Under the pieces are notes generated by a model. It was given only the letters and a program-made list of their open reading frames with translations. It had not been told where the DNA came from and made no database searches. From the IMG/VR virus record IMGVR_UViG_3300009678_000034, positions 1-40,023 of that record: 40,023 nucleotides of DNA, one strand, 5' to 3'. The position numbers were made by a program, and so were the translations under genes. Positions 1-10,507 of this stretch are shown here, in pieces. The stretch's first letter is position 1. Each line of letters starts with the position of its first letter. This stretch comes from a virus. Lineage: Duplodnaviria > Caudoviricetes.

Positions 1-123
1 CTTCGGCGGCGGCCGGCGGCGGCATGCCGAGCTATGGCAGCAGTGGCCTTGGAACGACGCCGGGCACTGGCGGCGGAGCTTATGGCGGTGCCGGCGGGCG
101 TCCTTACTAGGAACCGATCATGC
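1..123 (+). repeat. Terminal direct repeat, left copy (probably an assembly overlap)
   Basis: Identical to 39901-40023; lies in the 3' end of gene 39399-40010 and the start of gene 120. Confidence 0.95.
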
Positions 124-3100
124 CTTCGCTTCCCGAGTTCGAAAGCCGCATCGGCGCTGACAGCTTCGCGGTCCCGGCCGCCAAGGTCGCCAGCTCGGAG
201 GCCGAGGGCCTGTTCGGCATGGCCAGCGCCGCGGCCAATATCGCAACGCGCATGGGTTCTGCTGTCGAGCGCGAGGCCGAGCTCCACGCCGCCGAGAAAG
301 GCGCCCAGGTCCAGGTCTACGAGCAGATGCCCGACGGCACGCAGCAGCTGCGCCCGCTCGACCAGCTGCGTGCCTGGAACTACGGCGCTGGCCGCGCCTT
401 CAATCAGGCGCTGATGCGCAACTACATGGGCGCGGTCGAGGTCGACGCCCGCAGGGCCTTTGGCGAGATGCAGGTGCGCTACACCAACGACCCCGAGCAG
501 TTCGGCGCGGCCTCGATGGCCTGGGTCGACCGCACCGTCGAGGCCATGCCGGAAAGCGCCCGCGGTGTCGCGCGCACCCAGCTCATGGGTCTCGCCACCG
601 GCTTCTCCACGGCGCTGACCGAGCGCCGCAATCGCATCGCCAACGACCAGCTTTACGCGACAGCCATCACGCATGCCGATGATCAGCGGCGCGACATCTA
701 CAATCTGGCGGCCTCCAATCCCGAGGACCCCCGCATTCCCGAGGCGGTCCAGCGCTATCGCCAGACCATGCAGGACCTGCGCACGACGCATGGCGACCGG
801 GTCAACGACATCGTGATCATGGCGGCGCAGCGCGAGCTCCAGGTCGAGCTCACCAGCAGCACGCTGGGCAACGCTGCGATCGCCGCCTACCGCCGCGGCG
901 GCATCACCGCGGCCGAGCAGGTGATCGACCAATGGCGCCAATCCGGCGCCATGTCGCACGATCCGGTAACGGGCCGGCGCGTTGCGTCGGCGCCCGGCGC
1001 GGTACAGGCGCCCGGTACCGTTCACGTTCCGTCGGAGCGCGTGCAGATCGAGCGCTATGCCCGCGGCCTGGCGCGCGATCTCGAGCAGCGCCGCCAGACC
1101 GGCCGCGCGCTCTCCGAGCAAGCGCAGCAGGAAGAAGTCACCCGGCTGCACGATGCCTATACCTTGGCACGCCAGGGTGCTGCCGGCACAACAGCCGAAG
1201 GCCGCGAGCGGCTTGCTCGCGAGTTCCAGCGGCAGGCCTCGAGCCAGGGCATCGCTGCACGCCTCGCGCGCATGATCACCAATCCGGCGATCGAGGAAGC
1301 CACACGCGCCAGCGAGCAGCGCCTGGCCGAGCGCACGCGCGAGGAGGAACGCGCCGAGCGCGGCCAGACGGCCGCCGCCGCCGCCGCCGAGCGCGAGCGC
1401 AATGCCGCCAACACCGCGATCATGGAGCGCGCCGAGATCCGCATGAGCCAGCTGCCGGCCAACGACGCCCGCGGCCGCGAGCGCATCGCCGGCGAGGCCG
1501 CGGCCGAGGCCGGCTATCGCACCGTGCCGCACACCATCGACCAGCAGGGCAACACGATCCGCGATCCCGATGCTGCCTTTGATCAGCGCTCGGCCGACCA
1601 CGTTTATGCGCGGCTGATCGGCCCCTCGCGCGCTATCCAGCAGCAGCGCGAGCAGGCCGAGACGGCGGGGCTTGGTCAGATGAGCGTGCTCCGCATGCAG
1701 CAGATCGCCGCCGGAGAGATCGCCGCCGACGCGCCGCCTGCGTTCGAGAACACGGCGATGTTCAATACGCTGCCGCCGGAGCAATGGGGCCAGGCAAGTC
1801 GCGAGATCGCCCGCGTCCATGGCGAGCGCCTGCGCGACCTGACCGAGCTCACCGATGCCTATCGCCGGGTCAACGAGCGCGTGGCTGCTGGCCAAGGCCC
1901 GTCCGCCAGTCTCGAGGACATCAACAAGATCGTCGAGCACATGCCCTACCCGGACGGTTCGCGCCGGCCGGCGACACTCAACGACATGGAGAGCGAGGCC
2001 GGACGCGGCCAGATCGAGACCGTCGCCCGTCTGGCGCGCGAGACCGGCACCATTCCGACCCGGATGCTCGCTCAGCTCGACGCCGGGTTCGGACCGTCGG
2101 CCAACTTCCAGTCGGCGATGACCGCCCAGTTCATCGGCAGCCGGCTGCTCGCCGATCCGCGCAGCCGCGCCGAGATGGAGCGTCAGCTCGGCGATCGCGT
2201 CGAGAAGCTCGAGCTCAACGGCCTTGATCTTGCTCAGATCGTCAACTCGCGCGCCAACCAGGGTACCGGCGATAATGCCGGCCGGCTCGATCCAGTTAGA
2301 GCCGAGGTCGCCTGGACTGCGATCCAGCGCCAGCGCGAGCAACTCGCGCTCATGCCCCAGGCCGAGCGTGACCGCATCAACCAGCAGGTGCTGCAGACGC
2401 CCGACACGCGCGCCGCCATGCTCGACCAGCTGCGCGCCTACATGGCCGTGCAGCGGACCGGCGAGACCGATCGCTGGCGCGCCGCGGTCGCCAACCAGGG
2501 CGATCCGATGACCCGGCTCGTCCAGTTCCTCATGGGCACCGAGCGCCCACCCAGCGAGATCGGCACCGGCGTTCCGAACGTCGCGATCGGCACGCTCAAC
2601 TACCTCGCCCAGTCCTACGGCCTGCCGCTGTTCTCGCTGTTCGCCGGCGAGCTCGTGGTCCCGGTCGCCAATAGCAATGCCGACATCCCGGTCAGCATGC
2701 AGCTCGCCAACGAGCGCGGCTGGAACGGGCAGATGGTTCAGGGCCAGCGCAATGTCGACGCGCTGCGCGAGTCCGGTGGGCGCTATGCCACGCGCGGCCA
2801 TGCCATCACCTGGATCGGCTCCGAGTACACCGATCGCGGCGTCTGGGTGCAGAACAGTCCCGAGGCCGACGGCCGGCGTGTCGGCGCCCAGCCCTGGCAG
2901 GTCGCCGAGCAGGCCATGACCTTCTACATGGACGTGCTGCGCGCCCACGACACGGCAGGCCAGCCGCTCGCCGTGCGCAACAGCAGCAATCCGATCCGCG
3001 CCTTGCAGGACAAGGACTTCTACATGGCGCCGGTGCGCGACCGGCCGGGCGAATATCTCCTGATGGTGCGGCCGCCCGACATCGACGGCCGGCGAATGCC

Positions 3101-3479
3101 GCACCAGCCGGTCTATCGCGTGCCCGGCGTCGAGACTCCGGGCGTTGCCTGGAACCCGCGCGATCAGGCGACCTTCAGCGTGCGGCCACCGGCCGACATG
3201 GTGCGCGATCGTGCCGCCGAGGCAGCTCTCGACCGCCGCGCCACCGAGCACGTTCTAACCAACCATCCCAACCTGCCGACCACAGCGCACCAGGCGGCGA
3301 TCGCCCTGGTGCGGCTGCAGATGCGCTTCGGCATCACGCCGATGGGCGGCTTGCCGCGCCCGGCTCCGGCCGCCGTTCCACCGCCTGCTGCTCCAGCGGC
3401 GGCGGCGGCTCCTGCTGCTGCGCCACCTGCGCCGATACCAGTACGCGGCGCCGTTCCTATTCCGCCGCGGCCTGAGTAG
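120..3479 (+). CDS. Internal virion (ejection) protein, positional analogue of T7 gp15
   Basis: 1119 aa, Ala/Arg/Gln-rich helical protein; second of three genes between tail tubular B and the tail fibre. Confidence 0.7.
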   Translation: MPSLPEFESRIGADSFAVPAAKVASSEAEGLFGMASAAANIATRMGSAVEREAELHAAEKGAQVQVYEQMPDGTQQLRPLDQLRAWNYGAGRAFNQALMRNYMGAVEVDARRAFGEMQVRYTNDPEQFGAASMAWVDRTVEAMPESARGVARTQLMGLATGFSTALTERRNRIANDQLYATAITHADDQRRDIYNLAASNPEDPRIPEAVQRYRQTMQDLRTTHGDRVNDIVIMAAQRELQVELTSSTLGNAAIAAYRRGGITAAEQVIDQWRQSGAMSHDPVTGRRVASAPGAVQAPGTVHVPSERVQIERYARGLARDLEQRRQTGRALSEQAQQEEVTRLHDAYTLARQGAAGTTAEGRERLAREFQRQASSQGIAARLARMITNPAIEEATRASEQRLAERTREEERAERGQTAAAAAAERERNAANTAIMERAEIRMSQLPANDARGRERIAGEAAAEAGYRTVPHTIDQQGNTIRDPDAAFDQRSADHVYARLIGPSRAIQQQREQAETAGLGQMSVLRMQQIAAGEIAADAPPAFENTAMFNTLPPEQWGQASREIARVHGERLRDLTELTDAYRRVNERVAAGQGPSASLEDINKIVEHMPYPDGSRRPATLNDMESEAGRGQIETVARLARETGTIPTRMLAQLDAGFGPSANFQSAMTAQFIGSRLLADPRSRAEMERQLGDRVEKLELNGLDLAQIVNSRANQGTGDNAGRLDPVRAEVAWTAIQRQREQLALMPQAERDRINQQVLQTPDTRAAMLDQLRAYMAVQRTGETDRWRAAVANQGDPMTRLVQFLMGTERPPSEIGTGVPNVAIGTLNYLAQSYGLPLFSLFAGELVVPVANSNADIPVSMQLANERGWNGQMVQGQRNVDALRESGGRYATRGHAITWIGSEYTDRGVWVQNSPEADGRRVGAQPWQVAEQAMTFYMDVLRAHDTAGQPLAVRNSSNPIRALQDKDFYMAPVRDRPGEYLLMVRPPDIDGRRMPHQPVYRVPGVETPGVAWNPRDQATFSVRPPADMVRDRAAEAALDRRATEHVLTNHPNLPTTAHQAAIALVRLQMRFGITPMGGLPRPAPAAVPPPAAPAAAAAPAAAPPAPIPVRGAVPIPPRPE

Positions 3480-3484
3480 CCATC

Positions 3485-6400
3485 ATGGCCGAACCTGCCG
3501 GTGTTCCGCCTCCATTCGTTCTGCCGAACCCCAACATGTCGCGGCTCGGCAGTGTGCCGCAGCCGGTGCTACCGGTGCTCTATTCCGGCCCGCCGCTTGC
3601 GGTGCCTGACACCGCACCAGCGCGGCTGGGGGCTGCTTTTCGCTCCAGCTGGCTCGGCGCCATCGTCACGGCACCATCGGGGCCGACCTTCGTCGAGGAA
3701 GGCTTCGACGCCGTTGCGGCCGCCAATGCGGTCGACTTTCCCGAGGACCGGCAGTGGCTCAGCCATGCGCGCAGCCGTGCCGAATTCGACACGCTGCTGC
3801 TCGCTGCCGACCAGCGCCGGCGCGATCGCAGTCTTGCGATCGAGAACCCGATCTCGCACCTGTTCTTCACCGCGGCCCTCGACCCCGTGAGCTATGCCGC
3901 ACCCGGCTCGACTTGGATTCGCGGCAGCACCACGGCAGCCCAGGCCTTCGGTCGCGGAGCGGTCATTGGCGGTACCATGCTCGGCGGCAGCGAAGCGCTG
4001 CATGCCTTCGCCGATTCCCATGTCGGCTTGAGCCAGGTCGGGCTTGCGACGCTTGGCGGCACGGTGATCATGGGACTGGTCGGCACCGCGATGCGCAACA
4101 CGCGTCCTGCCGCCAGCGCCATGGGCCGCTATCTCGATGGTCAGCAAGTCGATGCTGCTGCGCTGGCGCGCGGCGAAGGGCCGGCGTTTCTCAATCCCGA
4201 TGCGCTCGCCGGCGACATCGCCGCAGCACCACGCGGCACGGTCACGCTCGGCGAAGCCGCTGCCACGTCGCCGCCCAGCACGATAGGTCGCATCTCTCCG
4301 AACGACGACTGGGGCGTGGACGAGCTGCGCGGCGCGGTCGCCGGCATGTCGCCCGAGATGCGCGCACGGCTCTCGCCCGAGGCCGTCGCCTATCTCGAGG
4401 AGCAGGGCGTCAGCCTGCGCTCCGGTGGTGCTGCAGCTACGCCGCCGTCGGCCGTGACCCAGACCGGGCAATTCAATCCCGTCGCTACCGGCGTGTGGCT
4501 CGAGAACATCGGCATGTCGCCGATGGGCCGCCTGATCGCCAGCCCGATCGACTTCGTCGGCGAGGCTGTCAGCACGCTCACCCAGATCCCCTATCTCGTG
4601 CGGCGCAACCTCAAGGGCTATGCCAATCCTGGCAACGTCGCGTCCGACCAGTATCCGCTGCAGTCGCGTCTCGCCCATACGCTGCGCGACTACGACGAAG
4701 CCTACATGGCGCAGCGCGGCGTCAACCGCCTGCAGGCCCTGGTCGAGGACGTCACCGGCCGCCGGCCGCCCGCCGCCCTATCCGCCAGCGATTTCAGCCT
4801 GCGTGTCTGGCAGCGCCTGCATGCCCAGGTCGACGACGTGCTGCCCGAAGTCAATCGTGCTGCAGCCAGCATGCGCAAGCTCTACGACGAGATCGGCGAC
4901 ATGGCTTCGACGCCCGGCGTCGACTTCTTCCCCGCCGCCAGCGTGCGCACGCCCAAGCGCTGGCAGACGGTCAACGGCGAGATCGTCGAGAGCTATGCCA
5001 ACCGGGTGTGGAACACCAATGCGATCCTGGGCGATCGCGCCAACTTCGAGGCCGCGGTGCGCAGCTGGCTCGCAGGAAGCGGCGGCGACGTCAGCCAGGC
5101 CAGAAAGATCGTCGACGACATCCTGCTCGACCGGCCGTTCCGCGCGATCGACGACGAGCATGTCGGCATGGCGACCAGCGCCTACAAGCGCAAGTTCGAT
5201 GCGCCCTCGACGGTCTTTCAGCGCTGGCTGGTCACCGATCCGCAGGAGCTGCTGGCGCATTACGTGCGCACCATGGGGATCGACATCTCGCTGGCGCGGC
5301 GCACCGGCAGCGTCAACGCCAAGGCCCTGCTCGACAGCGCCCGCGAGGAGTGGTTCCGGGACATCGGCCGGCGCATGGGCACCAATGGCCAGAGGGCATT
5401 CGACGATCTGCAGAAGGAGCTCAAGACATTGAGCGATCGAACGAGCGCTGCCTACAAGGCGCTCGATACGCAGTTCGCCGGCAGCCCGCCGCTCGACGAG
5501 ATTGCCAGGGTGCGCGATCTCGCAACGGCGACCAAGGAGGCGCATCTCGCGAATGCCCGCAGCGCGCTCAACGCCGGCGACGCCGACTGGGCGCGCATGA
5601 CCCAGGAGCTCGACGATTTGCGGGCAGTGCGCGATCTGCTGCGCGGCACCTACGGGCAGTGGGACCAAAGCCGCGACTGGATACCGCGCGCCCTGGCCTC
5701 TGCACGCAAGATCGCAATGATGAGCGGGCTCACGGGCGTGGTGTCGCAGATCAGCGACGTCGGCGCGCTGGTCATGAAGGAAGGCTTCGTGCGCACCTTC
5801 GGCACGGCGTTCGACGCGCTGCATGCCGGCATGGGCACGATCAAGATGAGCAATGCCGAGACTCGGCTTGCTGGCGGCACACTCGACATGATGGATGCGA
5901 GCCGCGTGATGGGCATGGCCGATTTGGCGGCCGACATCTCCGGCCGCCACACCATGTTCGAGCGGGTGCTCGATAAGGCGACACGGGCCAGCTTCTTTCT
6001 CAATGGCATGAATCCATGGACTGCTTTCGCCAAAGGCTGGGCCGGCATGGTGATCGCCAGCCGCATCGCCGACGACGTCGAGGCCGTGGCGTTCCAGGCG
6101 ATCCGCCAGGACGTTGTAAGGCTGCACGTACCGTCGCAAGCCCGGCTCACCGAGCTGCATCACTTGATCGATGCCCGAGCATTGGGCGGCTATGTGCCGA
6201 CCGCTGCCGAGACAGCCGCTTGGAGCGCCGAACGTGCCCAGCTGCAGATGCAGCTCGCGACGCTGCCGGCTCTGACACGTGCCGAGCGTCACGCCTTACG
6301 TATTGCCGAGCTCGAGCACCTGCTCGCCAACCCGACCGTGATATCCGGCACGCGCACGAAAATCTTTGCTCACGCCGACGAACTCCGTCAGGCGCGGCGC

Positions 6401-7288
6401 GAGCTCTCGGCGGCGGCGGCGGCGGCAGACAAGCAGGCAACGGCCCGTCTGGCGCGGGCCGGCATCGACCCCGACATGGCGCGCGAGATCTCGGTGCAGC
6501 TGCGCCGCCATGGCAGCTCGCGCGACAGCGTGCAGCTGCCCAATACCGAGCGCTGGTCGAGCGCCGACGCGCGCGAGGCTTTCCGCCGGGCACTGGCGGA
6601 GGACGTCGACAACGCGATCGTCTCGGCCGATCCAGCAAGCCGCTCGCTGTGGCTCTCGAAGCCGATCGGCCAGACGATCGGCATGTTCCAGGCCTACGGC
6701 CAGGCCGTGGTGCAGAAGCTGCTGGTGCCGGCGCTACAGGAAAAGGACTCGCGCCTGCTCTCGGGCGCCGCCCTGATGATCGGCGCCGGCGTGATCTCCG
6801 ACCAGCTGCGCCGCCAGCTCACCGGCAACACGCAGCCGCAATCGGCGAGCGAGGCCCTGCTGCGCGGCATCGATCGTAGCGGCGTCACGGGCTGGTTCGG
6901 CCAGCTGTTCCAAGCCGCCAGCGGCATGTTCGACAACCGCTACGGCCCGGCCTTCGTCGGCGCACCGCAGATGCCGCCGCTCGGCCTCCCCGTCGGCATG
7001 GCCATGTCGCCGGATGGTTTGATCCGCGCGCTCGGTCCAGTCGCCGGCCAGGCGCGCAATCTGGTCGACCTCACCTTCCGCACCGCGACCATGGACTGGG
7101 GTCCGCAGACAGCGCGCGATGCCCGGCGCCTGCTGCCGCTTAACAATGTCACGCACACCTACTTTGCTTTCGATGCGCTCGAGCGCCTGCTGGCCGGCTC
7201 CGGCCATTCGGAGCCTGCGGTGCAGAACGAGGCGCGGCGTGCGATGGCGCAATCCAGCGCCCTCACGCCGGCCAGGAGATCGTCATGA
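3485..7288 (+). CDS. Large internal virion (ejection) protein, positional analogue of T7 gp16
   Basis: 1267 aa, immediately upstream of the tail fibre; its C-terminal helical region resembles podoviral ejection proteins. Confidence 0.72.
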   Translation: MAEPAGVPPPFVLPNPNMSRLGSVPQPVLPVLYSGPPLAVPDTAPARLGAAFRSSWLGAIVTAPSGPTFVEEGFDAVAAANAVDFPEDRQWLSHARSRAEFDTLLLAADQRRRDRSLAIENPISHLFFTAALDPVSYAAPGSTWIRGSTTAAQAFGRGAVIGGTMLGGSEALHAFADSHVGLSQVGLATLGGTVIMGLVGTAMRNTRPAASAMGRYLDGQQVDAAALARGEGPAFLNPDALAGDIAAAPRGTVTLGEAAATSPPSTIGRISPNDDWGVDELRGAVAGMSPEMRARLSPEAVAYLEEQGVSLRSGGAAATPPSAVTQTGQFNPVATGVWLENIGMSPMGRLIASPIDFVGEAVSTLTQIPYLVRRNLKGYANPGNVASDQYPLQSRLAHTLRDYDEAYMAQRGVNRLQALVEDVTGRRPPAALSASDFSLRVWQRLHAQVDDVLPEVNRAAASMRKLYDEIGDMASTPGVDFFPAASVRTPKRWQTVNGEIVESYANRVWNTNAILGDRANFEAAVRSWLAGSGGDVSQARKIVDDILLDRPFRAIDDEHVGMATSAYKRKFDAPSTVFQRWLVTDPQELLAHYVRTMGIDISLARRTGSVNAKALLDSAREEWFRDIGRRMGTNGQRAFDDLQKELKTLSDRTSAAYKALDTQFAGSPPLDEIARVRDLATATKEAHLANARSALNAGDADWARMTQELDDLRAVRDLLRGTYGQWDQSRDWIPRALASARKIAMMSGLTGVVSQISDVGALVMKEGFVRTFGTAFDALHAGMGTIKMSNAETRLAGGTLDMMDASRVMGMADLAADISGRHTMFERVLDKATRASFFLNGMNPWTAFAKGWAGMVIASRIADDVEAVAFQAIRQDVVRLHVPSQARLTELHHLIDARALGGYVPTAAETAAWSAERAQLQMQLATLPALTRAERHALRIAELEHLLANPTVISGTRTKIFAHADELRQARRELSAAAAAADKQATARLARAGIDPDMAREISVQLRRHGSSRDSVQLPNTERWSSADAREAFRRALAEDVDNAIVSADPASRSLWLSKPIGQTIGMFQAYGQAVVQKLLVPALQEKDSRLLSGAALMIGAGVISDQLRRQLTGNTQPQSASEALLRGIDRSGVTGWFGQLFQAASGMFDNRYGPAFVGAPQMPPLGLPVGMAMSPDGLIRALGPVAGQARNLVDLTFRTATMDWGPQTARDARRLLPLNNVTHTYFAFDALERLLAGSGHSEPAVQNEARRAMAQSSALTPARRSS

Positions 7289-9690
7289 CCCACGTCATCG
7301 TTCCCGACCTGCCGACCCGGGTGCAATACAGCATCGGCGCCACGCCGGCCGTCGGCCCATTCGCCTTTTCTTTTACGTTCTTCGAGATCGCCGATATCCA
7401 CGTCTATGTCGGCGACGTGCTGCAGACCGCCGTCACGCACTACAACCTCGCCGGTAATCCGGGTAGCGAGGGTGGCTTCCAAGGTGGCAGCGTCACGTTC
7501 GTCGCGCCGGTCGCCAACACAACGGTGACCATCCTGCGCGGCCTGCCGATCGAGCGCGTCTCGGATTTTCCGGTCGCTGGCAGCTTCAACCGCCAGACCT
7601 TGAACAACACGCTCGACCGCCACGTCGCGATGATGCAGCAGATCGACGAGCGCGTGGACCGCGCCATCGTCCTGCCGCCGACGAGCAGCGGCCCCGTGCT
7701 GGTCGCCAATGCCTTTCCCCAGGTCAATCCGACCGCAACCGGGTGGGAGCTGCTCACGCCGGCGCAGCTGCGCACCGAGATCGCGGCACAGCCGCTCGAC
7801 GCCACGCTCACCGGGCTCGCGGCTCTGATCGTCGGCGCCGATCAGCTGCCTTATGGCACCGGCCTCGACACGTTCGGGCTGACGACGATCACTCCGTTCG
7901 GACGCAGCGTGCTCGACGACACGAGCTCGGCCGACCTGGTCGCGACCATGGGGCTCGGAACCATGGCGCAGCAGAACGCGAATGCGGTGAACATCACTGG
8001 CGGCGCAATCGCTGGCGCGGCGATCACCGGCGGCAGCGTCAACACGCCGGCGCTGACCTCGTCGAACGCGCAGATCACCGGCGGCCGCATCACCGGCATG
8101 CCGCAGCCGACGGTTGCAAGCGAGGTCGTCACCAAGGGCTATGCCGACGCACTCGCGATTGGCGTGAGCAAGCGCAGCACGGTGCGTGTCACCAATAACG
8201 CCGACATTATCATCGGCTTCATCCAGGCCGGCACCATCGTACAGGACGTCACGTTGGTGATTGGCGATCGCGTTCTGCTCAAAAACCAGACCAACGCGAC
8301 GGAAAACGGCGTCTATGTCGTTGGTCCGACGGGACCGCCGGCGCGTGCGGTCGATTTTGACACCTACGACGAGCATCCTGGTTCGTTGATCACGGTCCAG
8401 GAAGGCACCGACGGCCACGATACGGTCTGGCTGTGTGTCTCTAATATCGGCGGCACGCTGGGTGTCACACCAATTGTCTTCGAGAAAGTTCAGGTCAGTC
8501 CGCTTTTGCCGCTAGTGATCGGCGAGGGTGGGACTGGGCAGACCACTGCGCTTGCGGCATTCGATGCGCTCAAGCAGTCGGCGACAACTGTCTATGCCGG
8601 TGTGGCGCGAGAGGCGACGCAGGTCGAGATTGACGCCGCTGCGGCAGTATCGGCCTTCGTGCGGCCGGATCGGCTGTTGGCCTCGCCGCTCGCTCGCGGC
8701 AGCTATCGCAACATCCTCGGCCGCAACGGCGGCTTCGAGGTGTGGCAGCGCGGTGCGGGTGGGAGTGCGAGTTTTCCGTTCGCCGCATCGGCGAGCGGGT
8801 ACGTTTCCGACGGCTGGTTCTATCTCAACGGCAACTCGGCGCTGGCAGTCTCGCAATGGGCGACACCGCTCACCAATGCGTCGCGCTATGGCATTCTACT
8901 GCATCGCACAGCCGGACAGACCGGCGTCAACGTCTGTCGGCTCGAATTTCCGCTCGACACCGACGAGATCGTTCCGGCACGCGGCAGCGTGGTCACGCTG
9001 TCGTTGACTATGATGGCGGGGCCGAACTTTTCGCCTGCTGGCAGCTTTGTCGAAGTGCAGCTGTGGACTGGCACAAGCGCGCCTGCAAAGCGCTCGATGG
9101 GACCGGCCTACAGCGGCGAAGTGCAACCGATCAACACCGCGCAGGCGATTACGACGACTGCAACGCGCTACACGTTCACGTCTACCGTACCTGTCGGCAC
9201 GAATGTGACTTGTGCATCGCTGATGATCAACTTCACGCCGACAGGCACGGCAGGCCCGGCCGACTGGTTCATGATCGACGACGTGCAGCTTGAAATCGGC
9301 AGCGTCGCGACGCCGTTCGAGCGCAGGCCGTTCGAGCAGGAGTTAGCGGCGTGCCAGCGGCATTTTCAAAAATCATTTATCTACGCAAACGTGCCACAGC
9401 TTGGAGCAGGTTCAGGCGTGCATTACTGGTCGACCAGAAAAACTGGCGCCGTCGTAAACTACGGTCCATCGTTTCGCTATCCGGTCGAGATGCGCGTGCC
9501 ACCGACATGTACGCTCTATAATCCGTCAGTGGCGAACAACCAGGTTCGTAATGTCAGCCTGTCCGTCGACATGACCGGATCGACGGTTACTTCGACGTTC
9601 AAGGACATGCGGGTTGATTGCACCGGTACAGCGGGCACCACAATCGGCGATCTACTGGGCGTCAATTACATTGCCGATGCGGGGATTTGA
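7285..9690 (+). CDS. Tail fibre protein
   Basis: N-terminal T7 gp17-like adaptor (FAFSFTFFEIADIHVYV...TVTILRGLPIER...LDRHVAMMQQI); fibre motifs GDRVLLKNQTNATENGVYVV and VQLEIGSVATPFERRPFEQELAACQRHF. Confidence 0.9.
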   Translation: MTHVIVPDLPTRVQYSIGATPAVGPFAFSFTFFEIADIHVYVGDVLQTAVTHYNLAGNPGSEGGFQGGSVTFVAPVANTTVTILRGLPIERVSDFPVAGSFNRQTLNNTLDRHVAMMQQIDERVDRAIVLPPTSSGPVLVANAFPQVNPTATGWELLTPAQLRTEIAAQPLDATLTGLAALIVGADQLPYGTGLDTFGLTTITPFGRSVLDDTSSADLVATMGLGTMAQQNANAVNITGGAIAGAAITGGSVNTPALTSSNAQITGGRITGMPQPTVASEVVTKGYADALAIGVSKRSTVRVTNNADIIIGFIQAGTIVQDVTLVIGDRVLLKNQTNATENGVYVVGPTGPPARAVDFDTYDEHPGSLITVQEGTDGHDTVWLCVSNIGGTLGVTPIVFEKVQVSPLLPLVIGEGGTGQTTALAAFDALKQSATTVYAGVAREATQVEIDAAAAVSAFVRPDRLLASPLARGSYRNILGRNGGFEVWQRGAGGSASFPFAASASGYVSDGWFYLNGNSALAVSQWATPLTNASRYGILLHRTAGQTGVNVCRLEFPLDTDEIVPARGSVVTLSLTMMAGPNFSPAGSFVEVQLWTGTSAPAKRSMGPAYSGEVQPINTAQAITTTATRYTFTSTVPVGTNVTCASLMINFTPTGTAGPADWFMIDDVQLEIGSVATPFERRPFEQELAACQRHFQKSFIYANVPQLGAGSGVHYWSTRKTGAVVNYGPSFRYPVEMRVPPTCTLYNPSVANNQVRNVSLSVDMTGSTVTSTFKDMRVDCTGTAGTTIGDLLGVNYIADAGI

Positions 9691-9692
9691 TC

Positions 9693-10094
9693 ATGACTGA
9701 AACCTACAAGCTCAATCCGATGGGCGGCGTGCAGCGTCTCAGCGACGGTGCATTCATTCCCAACGACGAACGCAACGCCGACTGGCGCACGTACCAGGAA
9801 TGGCTCGCTGAGGGCAACACGCCACAGGCGGCTGATCCTCCGCCACCGCCACCCTTGCCGCCGCCGCCGCCGCCGATACCAACGCGCTGGCTGATCGAGC
9901 GCCGGCTGCTGATCGAGCGGCTCGAGGCCGCGCATCGCTTCCGCGCCTTCATGGACGTGATCGAGGATGCCGGCCAGCTGAAGCGTGAGCTGTGGTACGC
10001 CAGCGACGAGATCTGGAACGACGATCCTCTGATCGTCGGTCTGATCCAGCAGGCCGAAGCCGATCCGCTCGTCATGCTTGCCCGCGAAACCTAG
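9693..10094 (+). CDS. Tail fibre-associated/assembly protein
   Basis: Follows the fibre gene; motif DGAFIPNDERNADWRTYQEWLAEGNTP is typical of small fibre-adjacent proteins. Start placed at ATG 9693. Confidence 0.65.
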   Translation: MTETYKLNPMGGVQRLSDGAFIPNDERNADWRTYQEWLAEGNTPQAADPPPPPPLPPPPPPIPTRWLIERRLLIERLEAAHRFRAFMDVIEDAGQLKRELWYASDEIWNDDPLIVGLIQQAEADPLVMLARET

Positions 10095-10104
10095 GAGAGC
10101 CCCG

Positions 10105-10341
10105 ATGCCCGAGATGAAGATCGGCCAGTCGTTTCCCGAGGAGCTCGAGGTCTACAACGTGCGGCCGAGCTACTGGTGGGACCCCTGGACCGGCCAGGTC
10201 ACCTTTCTGCCCGAGGTGCCGCAGCCGGTCCGCGACGTCGTGCTGGCGGTGCTGTCGCGTCACCAAGCTCTGCCGCCGGTTGATCCCTATCCGCCGGCGC
10301 CGGAGGCCGCAGCCAGCGATGGACGAAAGCGCTCTCGCTAG
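10105..10341 (+). CDS. Hypothetical protein
   Basis: AGGAGAG ribosome-binding site before ATG 10105; GC3-rich codons. Confidence 0.6.
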   Translation: MPEMKIGQSFPEELEVYNVRPSYWWDPWTGQVTFLPEVPQPVRDVVLAVLSRHQALPPVDPYPPAPEAAASDGRKRSR

Positions 10342-10507
10342 GCGCGTGATGCAGCTCGAGGTCGCGATCGCCACGCTGTCGTCGGACCTGCGCAATCACG
10401 TCCTCTACTGCGAGGCGCGGATGCGCGTGCTGTGGAAGCTGGCCACCGTGATCAGTGGGGCGATCGCGCTCGTGGTGTCGTTGGTGGTGACTTTGCTCAA
10501 GCCTTAG
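10319..10507 (+). CDS. Small coiled-coil protein with C-terminal transmembrane helix (holin/XhlA-like candidate)
   Basis: MDESALARRVMQLEVAIATL...WKLATVISGAIALVVSLVVTLLKP; GGAGG RBS; last gene of the late operon. Confidence 0.55.
   Translation: MDESALARRVMQLEVAIATLSSDLRNHVLYCEARMRVLWKLATVISGAIALVVSLVVTLLKP

Noticed and set aside
1-123. 123-bp terminal repeat as the physical phage terminal repeat
   Set aside because: It cuts through coding sequence within the virion operon, so an assembler circular overlap is more likely. Read-end data would be needed to decide.
7285-9690. Diversity-generating retroelement acting on the tail fibre (as in BPP-1)
   Set aside because: No reverse transcriptase gene and no template/variable repeat pair seen.
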